Positions 19,194 through 28,742 of a DNA stretch of 64,000 nt are shown piece after piece (the stretch's first letter is position 1; each line of letters begins with the position of its first letter). The notes beneath the pieces were generated by a model, which saw only the letters and a list, made by a program, of their open reading frames with translations, made no database searches and was not told the DNA's origin. Origin of the DNA: Polyangiaceae bacterium (GTDB lineage: Bacteria > Myxococcota_A > Polyangia > Polyangiales > Polyangiaceae); the NCBI GenBank assembly GCA_033763455.1, contig JANRKO010000023.1, positions 64,001 to 128,000 of the forward strand, written 5' to 3'. Made by a program: the position numbers and the translations under genes.

Positions 19194-20390
19194 ATGTTTC
19201 AAACCGTAAAAGCCGCTCCCCCCGACCCTATTCTTGGCCTCACCGATGCCTTTAATCAGGAGCCGAATCCTAAGAAGATCAATCTCGGCGTCGGCGTCTA
19301 CAAAGACGATCAGGGCAAGACCCCAACTTTTACGGCTATCCGCAAGGCAGAACAGCTTCTTGTTGCGAAGGATCCCTCCAAGAGTTACCTGCCTATTTCG
19401 GGCTCGCCCGCATACGCCGCCTGCGTCCAAAACCTAGTGCTCGGCAAAGGCTCACGCGCGGTTGCCGAAAAACGCGTGCAAACCGCCCACTGCCCGGGAG
19501 GCACCGGAGCGCTTCGGGTTGCCGGAGATTTTCTGCACCAGGCTTTCCCTGAAGCAAAGCTTTGGGTCAGCAAGCCCACTTGGGTCAATCACTTTGGCGT
19601 ATTTCGCGCCGCTGGCATGCAGGTCGAGGAGTATGCGTACTACGATGCAGCAACGCACGGCGTTGACTTCGAGGGGCTCAAAGCAAGCCTTCGAAGCGCG
19701 AAAGCGGGAGATGCGATCCTGTTGCACGGCTGTTGTCACAACCCAACTGGAGCGGATCCAACGCTCGCCGAGTGGCGGATTCTCAGCGATCTGATGAAAG
19801 AGAAGGGCCTTTTGCCCCTATTCGATTTGGCCTACCAGGGCCTCGGCGATGGCCTGGAGGAGGACGTGGCTGGTGTGCGCGCGTTCGTGGAGGCCGGCCA
19901 TGAGCTGCTCATAGCGAGCTCCTTCTCGAAGAATTTTGGGCTCTACAATCAACGAGTAGGCGCGCTCACCTTGGTCACAGAAACGGCCAAGAGCGCTGAC
20001 GATTCCTTTAGCCAAATTAAGAGCACCATTCGTTCGAACTACTCGAACCCTCCGGCACACGGCGGCGCCCTCATCACTACAGTGCTCGAAGATGAAGCAC
20101 TCACCCGTGAGTGGCGCACGGAGCTCGACGGTATGCGCCAGCGCATCCACCAAATGCGCACCGAATTCGTCGCCAAGCTCAAGGCCTTGGGTGTGGCTCA
20201 GGATTTTAGCTTCATCGCCAAGCAGCGTGGCATGTTCTCGTTCTCTGGCTTAACGCCCGAGCAGGTACAGGCCCTGCGTGATCGCCATGCGATTTATGCT
20301 GTAAGCTCGGGCCGCATCAATGTGGCTGGCATTACCAGTGAGAATATCGATCCTCTGTGTCGGGCGATCGCCGACGTCCTCAAGGGCTGA
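19194..20390 (+). CDS. aspC: aspartate/aromatic amino acid aminotransferase (class Ia)
   Basis: APPDPILGL, INLGVGVYKD, HGCCHNPTGAD, DLAYQG, SFSKNFGLYNQRVG (PLP lysine), GRINVAG; start ATG 19194. Confidence 0.92.
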   Translation: MFQTVKAAPPDPILGLTDAFNQEPNPKKINLGVGVYKDDQGKTPTFTAIRKAEQLLVAKDPSKSYLPISGSPAYAACVQNLVLGKGSRAVAEKRVQTAHCPGGTGALRVAGDFLHQAFPEAKLWVSKPTWVNHFGVFRAAGMQVEEYAYYDAATHGVDFEGLKASLRSAKAGDAILLHGCCHNPTGADPTLAEWRILSDLMKEKGLLPLFDLAYQGLGDGLEEDVAGVRAFVEAGHELLIASSFSKNFGLYNQRVGALTLVTETAKSADDSFSQIKSTIRSNYSNPPAHGGALITTVLEDEALTREWRTELDGMRQRIHQMRTEFVAKLKALGVAQDFSFIAKQRGMFSFSGLTPEQVQALRDRHAIYAVSSGRINVAGITSENIDPLCRAIADVLKG

Positions 20391-20539
20391 GGTCGCGCTC
20401 GGCACCGGCTCAAAAGGGGCCTCGCCGCGCATCCTAAGTACCCTTCGAGCCCAGCGGGGCCCTGGGGTTGCCCGCAAAACAGACGAGCTTGTTCGCCGCT
20501 TTTGCAGTAGTGGGCGGGCTTTGCTATGCGTGCCGGCCC

Positions 20540-21337
20540 ATGTTTTTGGCTGCAACCCTGGCGGTAGCGCAAGTGGCATTAGCCGCGGCTGTAACGCTGT
20601 TGCCAGTGCGTTCACTCTTTTCCGCCCCCTTAAGAACGTTTTCGTGGACCGCCGCCTTGGCTGTGACTCTCCTCAGTCTCATGCCGGAGGCCTTTGAGGA
20701 GCTCGGCTGGGTAGCACTGCTGCTGATATCGGCCGCCGTGATTATTCCAATACTTGCGGAGCGCCTGTCGGATCGTCGTTGGGGCCATGCGGGTCGATTG
20801 GGGCTTGAGGTCGCGTTCGTTGGAGTGCTGATCCACCGCGTGGTCGATGGGGTCGGGCTCGGTGCGTTTGGCAGAATTGAGAGCCTACGAGCAGACGTGC
20901 TCATTGCGCTCAGCGCCCACGCAATTGCGGTAGAGTCTGTGGTGATCTTGAAGTGTCGAGCACTCTTGGGTGCTCGTTCAGCTTGGTTTAGATCACTTTG
21001 GCTCGCCGTAGCGGGGATTTTGGGTGTGGTGGTGTGGAGTCGCGTGTACACGCAGTTCCCCGACCCGACGCCCGTTGTGGAAGCGCTTACTGCTGGAGTG
21101 CTCCTGCACGTTGCCTTGCACGACGTGCGCCACCCCCCCGAAGGCCGTGAAGTGTCTCGTTGGGTTCACTTCGTCGCTGCTATCCTTGGGGTGCTAATAA
21201 CCCAAATCCCCGGCGGCGCAGAACCTGGCATCACCTTAACTGCAAGCACACTGCTCCTCGCCACGCTCATCGCAATATCCCCCATTGCTCTCATCACATG
21301 GCGCAAGCGTTTCCCCCACGACACCTCGCATTCCTAG
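20540..21337 (+). CDS. multi-pass membrane protein, ZIP metal transporter-like
   Basis: About 8 hydrophobic segments; LMPEA, IHRVVDGVGLG, SAHAIAVE, GVLLHVALHD resemble ZIP metal-site helices. Confidence 0.5.
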   Translation: MFLAATLAVAQVALAAAVTLLPVRSLFSAPLRTFSWTAALAVTLLSLMPEAFEELGWVALLLISAAVIIPILAERLSDRRWGHAGRLGLEVAFVGVLIHRVVDGVGLGAFGRIESLRADVLIALSAHAIAVESVVILKCRALLGARSAWFRSLWLAVAGILGVVVWSRVYTQFPDPTPVVEALTAGVLLHVALHDVRHPPEGREVSRWVHFVAAILGVLITQIPGGAEPGITLTASTLLLATLIAISPIALITWRKRFPHDTSHS

Positions 21338-21575
21338 CAACCCATCCCATTCCCCTCCTACCCCTAGACCAGAGCCCCGCCCGCTGGCCGATAACGCCTC
21401 GCCCGCCGCTTCGGGGGCAGCGAGGATAGGTCTTAGCCCCTCGTTGCACGTGGGCTTCGACTGTTTCACGCCTGAGAACCCGCTAAATTTGAATTCTAGC
21501 TAGCCTAGAACGGTCCAACCCCAAAAAGTTCGAGGGGGCGCTTCCGATTGCTGCTAGTTTGGGAGGTTAGAGCGC

Positions 21576-23054
21576 ATGGCACTGCAAGAAGGTGATCTCG
21601 TCCAAGGCAAATACCGCGTCGTCCGAATCATCGGTGAGGGCGGTATGGGGGCAGTGTTTGAAGGCGAGAACATTCGCATCAACCGCCGCGTCGCTATTAA
21701 GGTGCTACACGCAGCACTAGCTTCCAACAAGGAAGTGGTCCAGCGCTTCGAACGCGAAGCACAGGCGGCTGGGCGCATCGGTAATGATCACATCCTTGAA
21801 GTCCTAGATCTGGGTGATCTGCCCGACGGGGACTTCTTCATGGTGATGGAATACCTTGAGGGAGAACCCTTGAGCGATCGGATCCGTCGCTTGGGCCGAA
21901 TGTCTCCCGAACAGGTTGCGCCCCTCATGGCGCAAGTGCTCACCGGGCTTCAGGCTGCGCACACCGCCGGCATTATTCACCGCGATTTGAAGCCGGATAA
22001 CATCTTCGTGCTCAAGGAAAAAGCGGGCCAAAAAGACTTCGTCAAGATTATCGACTTCGGGATTTCGAAGTTTCAGCCACTCGGTGGCGAGATGAAAATG
22101 ACGCGCACGGGCTCTGTGATGGGCACGCCGTATTACATGTCTCCCGAACAGGCGAGCGGTAGTTCGGAAGCAGACCATCGCAGCGATGTCTACGCAGTGG
22201 GCGTCATGATGTACGAGGCCGTCACGGGCAAGGTGCCCTTCGAAGCTTCCACCTTCAATCAGCTGCTCTTTAAGATCGTGCTGGATGAAGTTCCGAAGCC
22301 GGAAACGATCGTTCCGGACCTAGATCCTGGCTTTGCCAGCTTGATCCACAAGGCGATGGCGCGCGACAAAGAGGCGCGCTTCCAAGACTGCACTTCCCTA
22401 CGAAATGCCATCCTGGAATGGCAGCGGACGGGCGCCGCTGTTTCGGTTCCTCCGCCGGGCGGCGTTGAGGGGCATCTTCCCGGCAAGGCGCGCGAAGCCT
22501 TCGGCTCACAGACTGACGTGATGCCAGCAGCCACCCCTCCTGGCGGCGCACGTCTCGGCACAGGTAGCCAACCGTCGGTCGTGGTTGCCCAGGAAGGCAA
22601 CATGAGCAGCACCACGGGCGCGGGCACTTGGTCCACCGAAGAGTCCATTCAGATCCCGAAAAAGGGCGGCGCAGGCTTACTCTATGCGGGAATCGCCGCA
22701 GGTGTACTGATTGTCGGTGGCGGTGCGTTCTTTGCGCTGTCTGGCGGAAAGCAGCCAGACGCCGCAGCAGCCGCTGCTAGCGCGCAAGCGGCGGCGAGCC
22801 AAGCGCCCGCCGCTCAACCTCCAGCGAAGCCCGTTGAGGCACCGCCACCCGTGGCCCAACCAACGGTAGAGCCGGTTGCTGTGGAACCTGCAAAGACGGC
22901 AGAGCCTCCAAAGGTTGAGCCGGCAAACACAGCCTCCAAGCCCGTAGCAAAGCCCACTTCTCGCCCGAAGCCAGCAGTTAAGCCAGCAGTTAGGCCGGCT
23001 GCTAAGCCAGGCCCGAGCCCCAAGAAGCCGGACACACCTGACTTCGGCTATTGA
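21576..23054 (+). CDS. Ser/Thr protein kinase (Hanks type), single TM
   Basis: GEGGMGAV, VAIK, HRDLKPDN, DFG, GTPYYMSPEQ; TM helix then Pro/Lys-rich tail ending PDFGY. Confidence 0.95.
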   Translation: MALQEGDLVQGKYRVVRIIGEGGMGAVFEGENIRINRRVAIKVLHAALASNKEVVQRFEREAQAAGRIGNDHILEVLDLGDLPDGDFFMVMEYLEGEPLSDRIRRLGRMSPEQVAPLMAQVLTGLQAAHTAGIIHRDLKPDNIFVLKEKAGQKDFVKIIDFGISKFQPLGGEMKMTRTGSVMGTPYYMSPEQASGSSEADHRSDVYAVGVMMYEAVTGKVPFEASTFNQLLFKIVLDEVPKPETIVPDLDPGFASLIHKAMARDKEARFQDCTSLRNAILEWQRTGAAVSVPPPGGVEGHLPGKAREAFGSQTDVMPAATPPGGARLGTGSQPSVVVAQEGNMSSTTGAGTWSTEESIQIPKKGGAGLLYAGIAAGVLIVGGGAFFALSGGKQPDAAAAAASAQAAASQAPAAQPPAKPVEAPPPVAQPTVEPVAVEPAKTAEPPKVEPANTASKPVAKPTSRPKPAVKPAVRPAAKPGPSPKKPDTPDFGY

Positions 23055-23170
23055 GTTAACCCACGCCTAGCGCAGCGTGAGGAGCGCGACTTCTGGCGGT
23101 ACCCCATCCCACCGCAAGCGCGACCGCAACTAAGCTGGCCAACAAACCGCGGCGAAGCAGCGAGGCAGCG

Positions 23171-24958
23171 CTAAGCACGACGCCTCGGCCGAGCCCGCGG
23201 GCGCCACGTAAAATGGTCAATCAATTCAGGCTGAAAATTCCCCAAGGGATCCGCCGCTCCCACACAATACACATCCACCGCTTCTCCATTTTCGCGGACT
23301 CGAAATCGCAAAAAGTGCTTAAAGCCTGGGTGATCAAGCGCTGTGAAAGCTTGGGTATTCTCTAGGCCAAAGCGCGTCATGCTGGCAAGAAACACCCCGA
23401 AAGCAAACGTGGCAAGAAGCACGGCTGACGCAAGCGCCGCACCGAACGCAACCAACCCTCCAGACATCCAAGTTAACGCCAGCCAGGTGGCAAGCAGAGG
23501 AAGGCTCGTTATCGCCAGCCCGCCGGCGAAGGCCGCAGCCAACACTCGACCTCGCTTGTCAGAGCGACGAACGCCTCCGAGGAAAGCCAAAGCAAGCGTG
23601 CACGCAATGGCACAAAGTACTGTGGCAAGGCCCGCGCGCCACAGATCTTTATCGAAAAGGGAGCTCACAATTGGCTCGAAAATCACAGCGAATACCACGT
23701 GCGGTAAGATGCCGGACTGGCCACGCAATATCTTCCACGGGACGCGCTTGAGAAGCCTCCGACACTGCGGAACGCTCGGCCACTCCACGTCTACCTTGGG
23801 TGTTCGCTCGCCTGATAGGCGCTGAGGGTGCAAAAAAGCGCCGCCTCCGCCCGCTATCACGTGTTGGCTTTCCCCCTCCTGCCAGCGTTCGTAGTGGTGA
23901 ATATCGCCGGAAACCACGAGGCAACGGTCCACGTTTGGATCCACAGGCAACGCCTGAATCATGGCCGTGCCAGTGGCGCTTGGCCTCCCAAAGGCTCGCA
24001 CAGGATCTGGGAGCATTAGCAAGGTGTTGGCTTGCTCCATGCGCGACCAAATATCCGCGAAGTACCTGCGTTGCCTAAAATCGACGTGCTTTAGTTGTCG
24101 ATCAAGAGCAAACAAATTGAGTTCTGGCGTGAGTGGGAGCGCAAAGTAACTGGCTCGTTGCACGGCCTCGTAGCCAATCAGGACGAGCGCCTTGGGCTTC
24201 TCGATCTGACCGCCTCGCACGAATTCTCTGGCCCAATCCGCCGCGACTTCGAGACGAGGCCGCTCAATGGGGAGCATTGAGGGGCGAACTACTGGCGCAT
24301 CTTCATCCGAACGACGACGAAACATACGGGCGAAACCATCGAGGCCGTCGTACCAATCATGGTTGCCCGGAATGCCGAGCAGTACCCGCACCTTGCCGTC
24401 ATCCACTTCTTGGAGCACACGGTTGAAGGGGACGATCACCCGGTTGTTGATCTCATCTACCGTAGCTACTGGGTATGCTGTGTCCCCACCGAAAAAGAGC
24501 ACGTCCCCTCGAGGTGCATGCAAAAATTCTCCCTCGCGATCAGGATCCGGGAGCTCATATTCAGCGAACACCAGCCGGGCCACCGCTTCGCTCACCGAGT
24601 GGTCGTCCCCCGTATCTGCGACGTAGTCGATCCACAGGTCTCGTCCGAGGTGCTCCACCAGCGAGCTGTTCCCGCCCCCGCCTCCTAAGAGGCGCCCTAT
24701 CCGTTCGCACAGACCCTCCGGGGCGTCCGGCCACATCCAGTCCCGCGAGTCGACATCTTCGGTGGCAATGGCACTGGCCACCAGGTGCCGAAAATGGCCC
24801 CAGAACGACGTTACCCCGAACCAGCGGACGCCCAAGGGCTCACTTCGCCCTCGCTTAAAAGTCGCCAAGATCCGGCTCGTGTCAACCGGCGGGGGGCGCT
24901 GAACGTTGGGGATCGGCATTGGGGAGGAGGCGCTTCGGTTGGGGCCCCTTGGCGGCAC
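23171..24958 (-). CDS. calcineurin-like metallophosphoesterase with C-terminal membrane segments
   Basis: ADTGD, GGDTAY, PGNHDW, SGDIHHY motifs; 3-4 TM segments near the C-terminus. Confidence 0.8.
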   Translation of the reverse strand: MPPRGPNRSASSPMPIPNVQRPPPVDTSRILATFKRGRSEPLGVRWFGVTSFWGHFRHLVASAIATEDVDSRDWMWPDAPEGLCERIGRLLGGGGGNSSLVEHLGRDLWIDYVADTGDDHSVSEAVARLVFAEYELPDPDREGEFLHAPRGDVLFFGGDTAYPVATVDEINNRVIVPFNRVLQEVDDGKVRVLLGIPGNHDWYDGLDGFARMFRRRSDEDAPVVRPSMLPIERPRLEVAADWAREFVRGGQIEKPKALVLIGYEAVQRASYFALPLTPELNLFALDRQLKHVDFRQRRYFADIWSRMEQANTLLMLPDPVRAFGRPSATGTAMIQALPVDPNVDRCLVVSGDIHHYERWQEGESQHVIAGGGGAFLHPQRLSGERTPKVDVEWPSVPQCRRLLKRVPWKILRGQSGILPHVVFAVIFEPIVSSLFDKDLWRAGLATVLCAIACTLALAFLGGVRRSDKRGRVLAAAFAGGLAITSLPLLATWLALTWMSGGLVAFGAALASAVLLATFAFGVFLASMTRFGLENTQAFTALDHPGFKHFLRFRVRENGEAVDVYCVGAADPLGNFQPELIDHFTWRPRARPRRRA

Positions 24959-24983
24959 CCGAGCCCTACATTAACAAGACAGC

Positions 24984-25646
24984 ATGATTCAGCTCAAGGG
25001 GCTCAACAAGAGCTACGCAATGGGCGATCATGCGCTGCACGTCTTGAAGGACGTGGAGCTCACGGTGAAGCCGGGCGAATTCGTGTCCATCATGGGCTCT
25101 TCGGGTTCCGGGAAATCCACACTACTTAACATCCTAGGGATCTTAGACGACTACGATTCGGGCGAATATCTCCTGGATGATCGCCTCGTGAAGGCACTCA
25201 CCGAGACCCAAGCCGCTCAGTACCGGAATCGCTTCCTCGGATTCATCTTTCAATCGTTCAATTTACTGCCGTTCAAGACAGCGCTCGAAAACGTGGCGCT
25301 TCCCCTCTATTACCAGGGTGTACCTCGCAAGAAGCGCCTGGAGCTTGCGCGAGAATATCTGGAACGCGTGGGCCTAAGCGAACGCCTCCACCACCTGCCC
25401 TCTGAGCTCTCCGGGGGCCAGCAACAGCGGGTGGCCATTGCACGCGCCCTCGTCGGCACCCCCAAGCTGATCCTTGCGGATGAGCCCACGGGAGCCTTGG
25501 ACAGTGAAACATCCTATCAGCTAATGGACCTCCTTCGCGAGGTGAACACTCAGGGCATCACGATTGTGCTCGTGACACATGAGATGGACATTGCCGACCG
25601 CACCGATCGATTGATCCGCCTAAAAGACGGGCGTGTCGATAATTAG
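24984..25646 (+). CDS. ABC transporter ATP-binding protein (LolD/MacB family)
   Basis: [37 protein letters not shown]. Confidence 0.95.
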   Translation: MIQLKGLNKSYAMGDHALHVLKDVELTVKPGEFVSIMGSSGSGKSTLLNILGILDDYDSGEYLLDDRLVKALTETQAAQYRNRFLGFIFQSFNLLPFKTALENVALPLYYQGVPRKKRLELAREYLERVGLSERLHHLPSELSGGQQQRVAIARALVGTPKLILADEPTGALDSETSYQLMDLLREVNTQGITIVLVTHEMDIADRTDRLIRLKDGRVDN

Positions 25647-25658
25647 CGGGGAAGCTCC

Positions 25659-26888
25659 ATGTTCTGGGATAGCTGGCAAGAAATCCTCGATACCGTTCGC
25701 CGCAACAAGTTGCGAACTGCGCTCACTGCGCTCAGCGTTGCGTGGGGCATTTTCATGCTGGTAATTCTGCTCGCGGCCGGCACTGGCCTCAGAAATGCGG
25801 CCCTTTGGGACTTCCGCGACGACGCCGTGAACTCGATCTTCATCCGCGCACGGAAAACCAGCTTACCTTTTCTCGGCCGTGGCCCGGGGCGCGAGGTACG
25901 GTTAGAAAACTCCGACTTCGACAGTGTAAGGGATAGGGTGCGAGGAATCGAGCACATTAGCGGCAGGTTTCACCTCTGGGGAGAATTTGCCGTAAGTTAC
26001 GCCAATCGTTCAGCACGCTTCGACATCCGAGGCGTCCACCCCGACCACCAATATTTAGAGAAAACTCAGGTAATTCGGGGTCGCTTCTTGAATGATGACG
26101 ACATCTCCGAACGCAAGAAAGTTGCCGTCGTGGGAACCGAAGTGGCCAAGTTCTTCTTCGATGCCAAAGATCCCATTGGAGCTTTCATCAACGTGCGCGG
26201 AGCGCACTACCAGATCGTCGGTGTCTACACGCGCCCAGGGCAACAGGGAGAGATGGCCACCATCTTCCTACCCGTTAGTACGGCACAGTTGGTATACAGC
26301 GGCGGCAGGCGGCTCCACGCCCTCTCTTTCACGGTCAACACCACGGAGCTCTCGGAGAGCCAACGCATTGAGGAGCAAGTAAAAGCCTTACTCAAAGAAC
26401 GTCACGCGATTTCTCCCGAAGATGAGCGCGCCCTCACCGTTTCCAATAACCTCGAAATGTACCGCAAGATTTCGGACATCTTTGAGTGGTTGCGACTGTT
26501 TGTGTGGATGGTGGGGATAGGTACTTTGTTTGCCGGTATCGTGGGCGTGAGCAACATCATGCTCATCTCTGTGAAAGAGCGCACCAAAGAGATCGGCGTC
26601 CGAAAAGCGCTAGGAGCCACCCCTTTCGGGATCGTGAGCATGGTCATGAAGGAAGCGCTACTCATCACGACGCTCTCGGGTTACTTAGGATTGGTGGCTG
26701 CGGTTGGCCTCGTGGAGCTCGTCAATAAGAACCTCCCCGACAACAAGTACTTGCGCGAGCCAGACGTAGATCTCGGAGTTGCCCTGATGGCCACGCTTAT
26801 TGTGATTTTGGCGGGAGCCTTGGCTGGTTTTTTCCCCGCACGCAACGCTTCAAAGATCAATCCGATCTTAGCGCTGAGGGACGGTTAA
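25659..26888 (+). CDS. ABC transporter permease (MacB/FtsX family)
   Basis: RNKLRTALT, large periplasmic domain, GVSNIMLISVKERTKEIGVRKALGA, PARNASKINPILALR. Confidence 0.93.
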   Translation: MFWDSWQEILDTVRRNKLRTALTALSVAWGIFMLVILLAAGTGLRNAALWDFRDDAVNSIFIRARKTSLPFLGRGPGREVRLENSDFDSVRDRVRGIEHISGRFHLWGEFAVSYANRSARFDIRGVHPDHQYLEKTQVIRGRFLNDDDISERKKVAVVGTEVAKFFFDAKDPIGAFINVRGAHYQIVGVYTRPGQQGEMATIFLPVSTAQLVYSGGRRLHALSFTVNTTELSESQRIEEQVKALLKERHAISPEDERALTVSNNLEMYRKISDIFEWLRLFVWMVGIGTLFAGIVGVSNIMLISVKERTKEIGVRKALGATPFGIVSMVMKEALLITTLSGYLGLVAAVGLVELVNKNLPDNKYLREPDVDLGVALMATLIVILAGALAGFFPARNASKINPILALRDG

Positions 26889-26891
26889 GCT

Positions 26892-28145
26892 ATGTTTGAC
26901 CGCGACAAGTGGCAAGAGGTTTGGCAGACGCTGCGCCGCAACAAGCTTCGTACCCTGATGACTGCCAGTGGCGTGTTCTGGGGGCTATTCATGCTGGTAC
27001 TGATGCTCGGCTTCGGCACGGGGCTTGAAGGTGGCGTCCGGAAGAATCTACTCGGCTTTGCCAATAATGCGGTGTTTGTTTGGGCTCAACGCACCCGTTT
27101 GGCCTACCATGGCTTTCAAGCGGGCCGGCGTGTTCGATTTGAAACGGCCGATATCGCGCGGCTACAACAAGAGTTACCTGAGATAGCGGATCTTGCCCCA
27201 CGCATCCAATTGGGTGGCTACCGCGACGGGGCGAACGTCAATTTCAAAGAGAAGACGGGGAACTTCACCATCATGGGGGATTTTCCACAAGTACGTAAGG
27301 TCGAAGGAATAGCGATAACCAGTGGGCGGTTCATTAACGAGCTAGACATCCGAGAGAAACGAAAAATTGCCATCATTGGCACCGACGTGCAGCGGATCTT
27401 GTTCGGAAAAACCAAACCCATCGGCGAATATATCAAAATCAACAAAGTTTACTTCAAGGTTGTTGGCACCTTCAAGCGCGATGGTGGAAACGGCGATCAG
27501 GCTGAGCAACTAAAATCCACCATCTACCTACCATTTTCGACCTTCCAGTATGCATTCAACCAGGTTAACCGCGTGGGGTGGTTCGCGATGACCCTGAAGC
27601 CAGATGCTGATGCCAAGGTCGTCGAAAAGAAGGCACGCGCGCTGCTCGCTCGGGTGCATCAAATCCACCCGAACGACGATCAAGGCCTCGGCTCCTACAA
27701 TTCTGCGGAAGAATTTGGCCGAATTTCTAACCTTTTCACAGGCATCAGCTTTTTCATCTGGTTCGTGGGTGTCGTCACGCTCCTGGCGGGGATGCTCGGC
27801 GTCAGCAACATTATGCTCATCACTGTCCGAGAACGCACCCGCGAGTTCGGGATTCGCAAGGCACTCGGCGCCACGCCGTTCTCCATCATTTCGCTGGTAA
27901 TCCAAGAGGCCGTCACGCTCACCGCCATTGCTGGTTACGCGGGGCTGGTGTGTTCGGTAGCTGTGTTAGAGCTTGCAGGGCGTTTGATTGGGGATCAGGC
28001 CGAAGCCTTCTCCTCTCCAAGTGTAGATTTTAGGATCGCACTGATCGCAGTTGCGATCTTAACGATCGCGGGGCTCTTTGCTGGCATCATGCCCGCGCAA
28101 CGGGCGGCCCGTATCAATCCCGTGCTTGCGCTCAAAGCAGAGTGA
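26892..28145 (+). CDS. ABC transporter permease (MacB/FtsX family)
   Basis: Paralog of the preceding gene; GVSNIMLITVRERTREFGIRKALGA. Confidence 0.93.
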   Translation: MFDRDKWQEVWQTLRRNKLRTLMTASGVFWGLFMLVLMLGFGTGLEGGVRKNLLGFANNAVFVWAQRTRLAYHGFQAGRRVRFETADIARLQQELPEIADLAPRIQLGGYRDGANVNFKEKTGNFTIMGDFPQVRKVEGIAITSGRFINELDIREKRKIAIIGTDVQRILFGKTKPIGEYIKINKVYFKVVGTFKRDGGNGDQAEQLKSTIYLPFSTFQYAFNQVNRVGWFAMTLKPDADAKVVEKKARALLARVHQIHPNDDQGLGSYNSAEEFGRISNLFTGISFFIWFVGVVTLLAGMLGVSNIMLITVRERTREFGIRKALGATPFSIISLVIQEAVTLTAIAGYAGLVCSVAVLELAGRLIGDQAEAFSSPSVDFRIALIAVAILTIAGLFAGIMPAQRAARINPVLALKAE

Positions 28146-28200
28146 TAAGCTAGCGCGCATGTTGAGTGCAGCACGGCGCCCCGGGCGCACCCGCAAACTT

Positions 28201-28737
28201 ATGAAGATGCACAGCAGGCTTTTTGGAGTGATGGCTCTCTTTTTTGCCACCCCGCCCGCCTGCAACCACGATGAGCCGCCTGGCTGTGTACCGGGAGTTC
28301 CGTGCGAATGCCTCGGAGGAAGCTGCCTGTTTGATTGTCACGATCTGAACGGCTGCATTCCCCAATGCTCGAGTGCTGATTTTTGCTCGGCCGCGTGCGG
28401 CGATAACTGTATGTACGAGTGCCGAAGCGGCACCGACTGCAACGCTCAGTGCACATCTGGATGCAATATCCAATGCCAGAGCACCTCCACGTGCAGCGCT
28501 TCCTGCGGGGAGCACTGCGCCTACGAGTGTCGCGATGTTTCGAGCTGTGTGCCTAAGGTCGGCGAAAAAAGTCGCGTGCTCTGTGAGCGCGTCGGCACTT
28601 GTGACGTAGAATGCAGCGGAGCTTGCGTCGTCGATTGCCGGCAGACCGGTAGCTGCAACGTCCACTGCGCTACAGGAGCCCCGCTCAATTGCGGAGGCTC
28701 TCGCCGAGCGTGCGGCTCCTGCAATGAACCGGCGTGA
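28201..28737 (+). CDS. Cys-rich putative secreted protein/lipoprotein
   Basis: Signal-like N-terminus ending PPAC; regular C-x3-C-x3-C-x3-C-x5 repeats. Confidence 0.65.
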   Translation: MKMHSRLFGVMALFFATPPACNHDEPPGCVPGVPCECLGGSCLFDCHDLNGCIPQCSSADFCSAACGDNCMYECRSGTDCNAQCTSGCNIQCQSTSTCSASCGEHCAYECRDVSSCVPKVGEKSRVLCERVGTCDVECSGACVVDCRQTGSCNVHCATGAPLNCGGSRRACGSCNEPA

Positions 28738-28742
28738 AGCGC

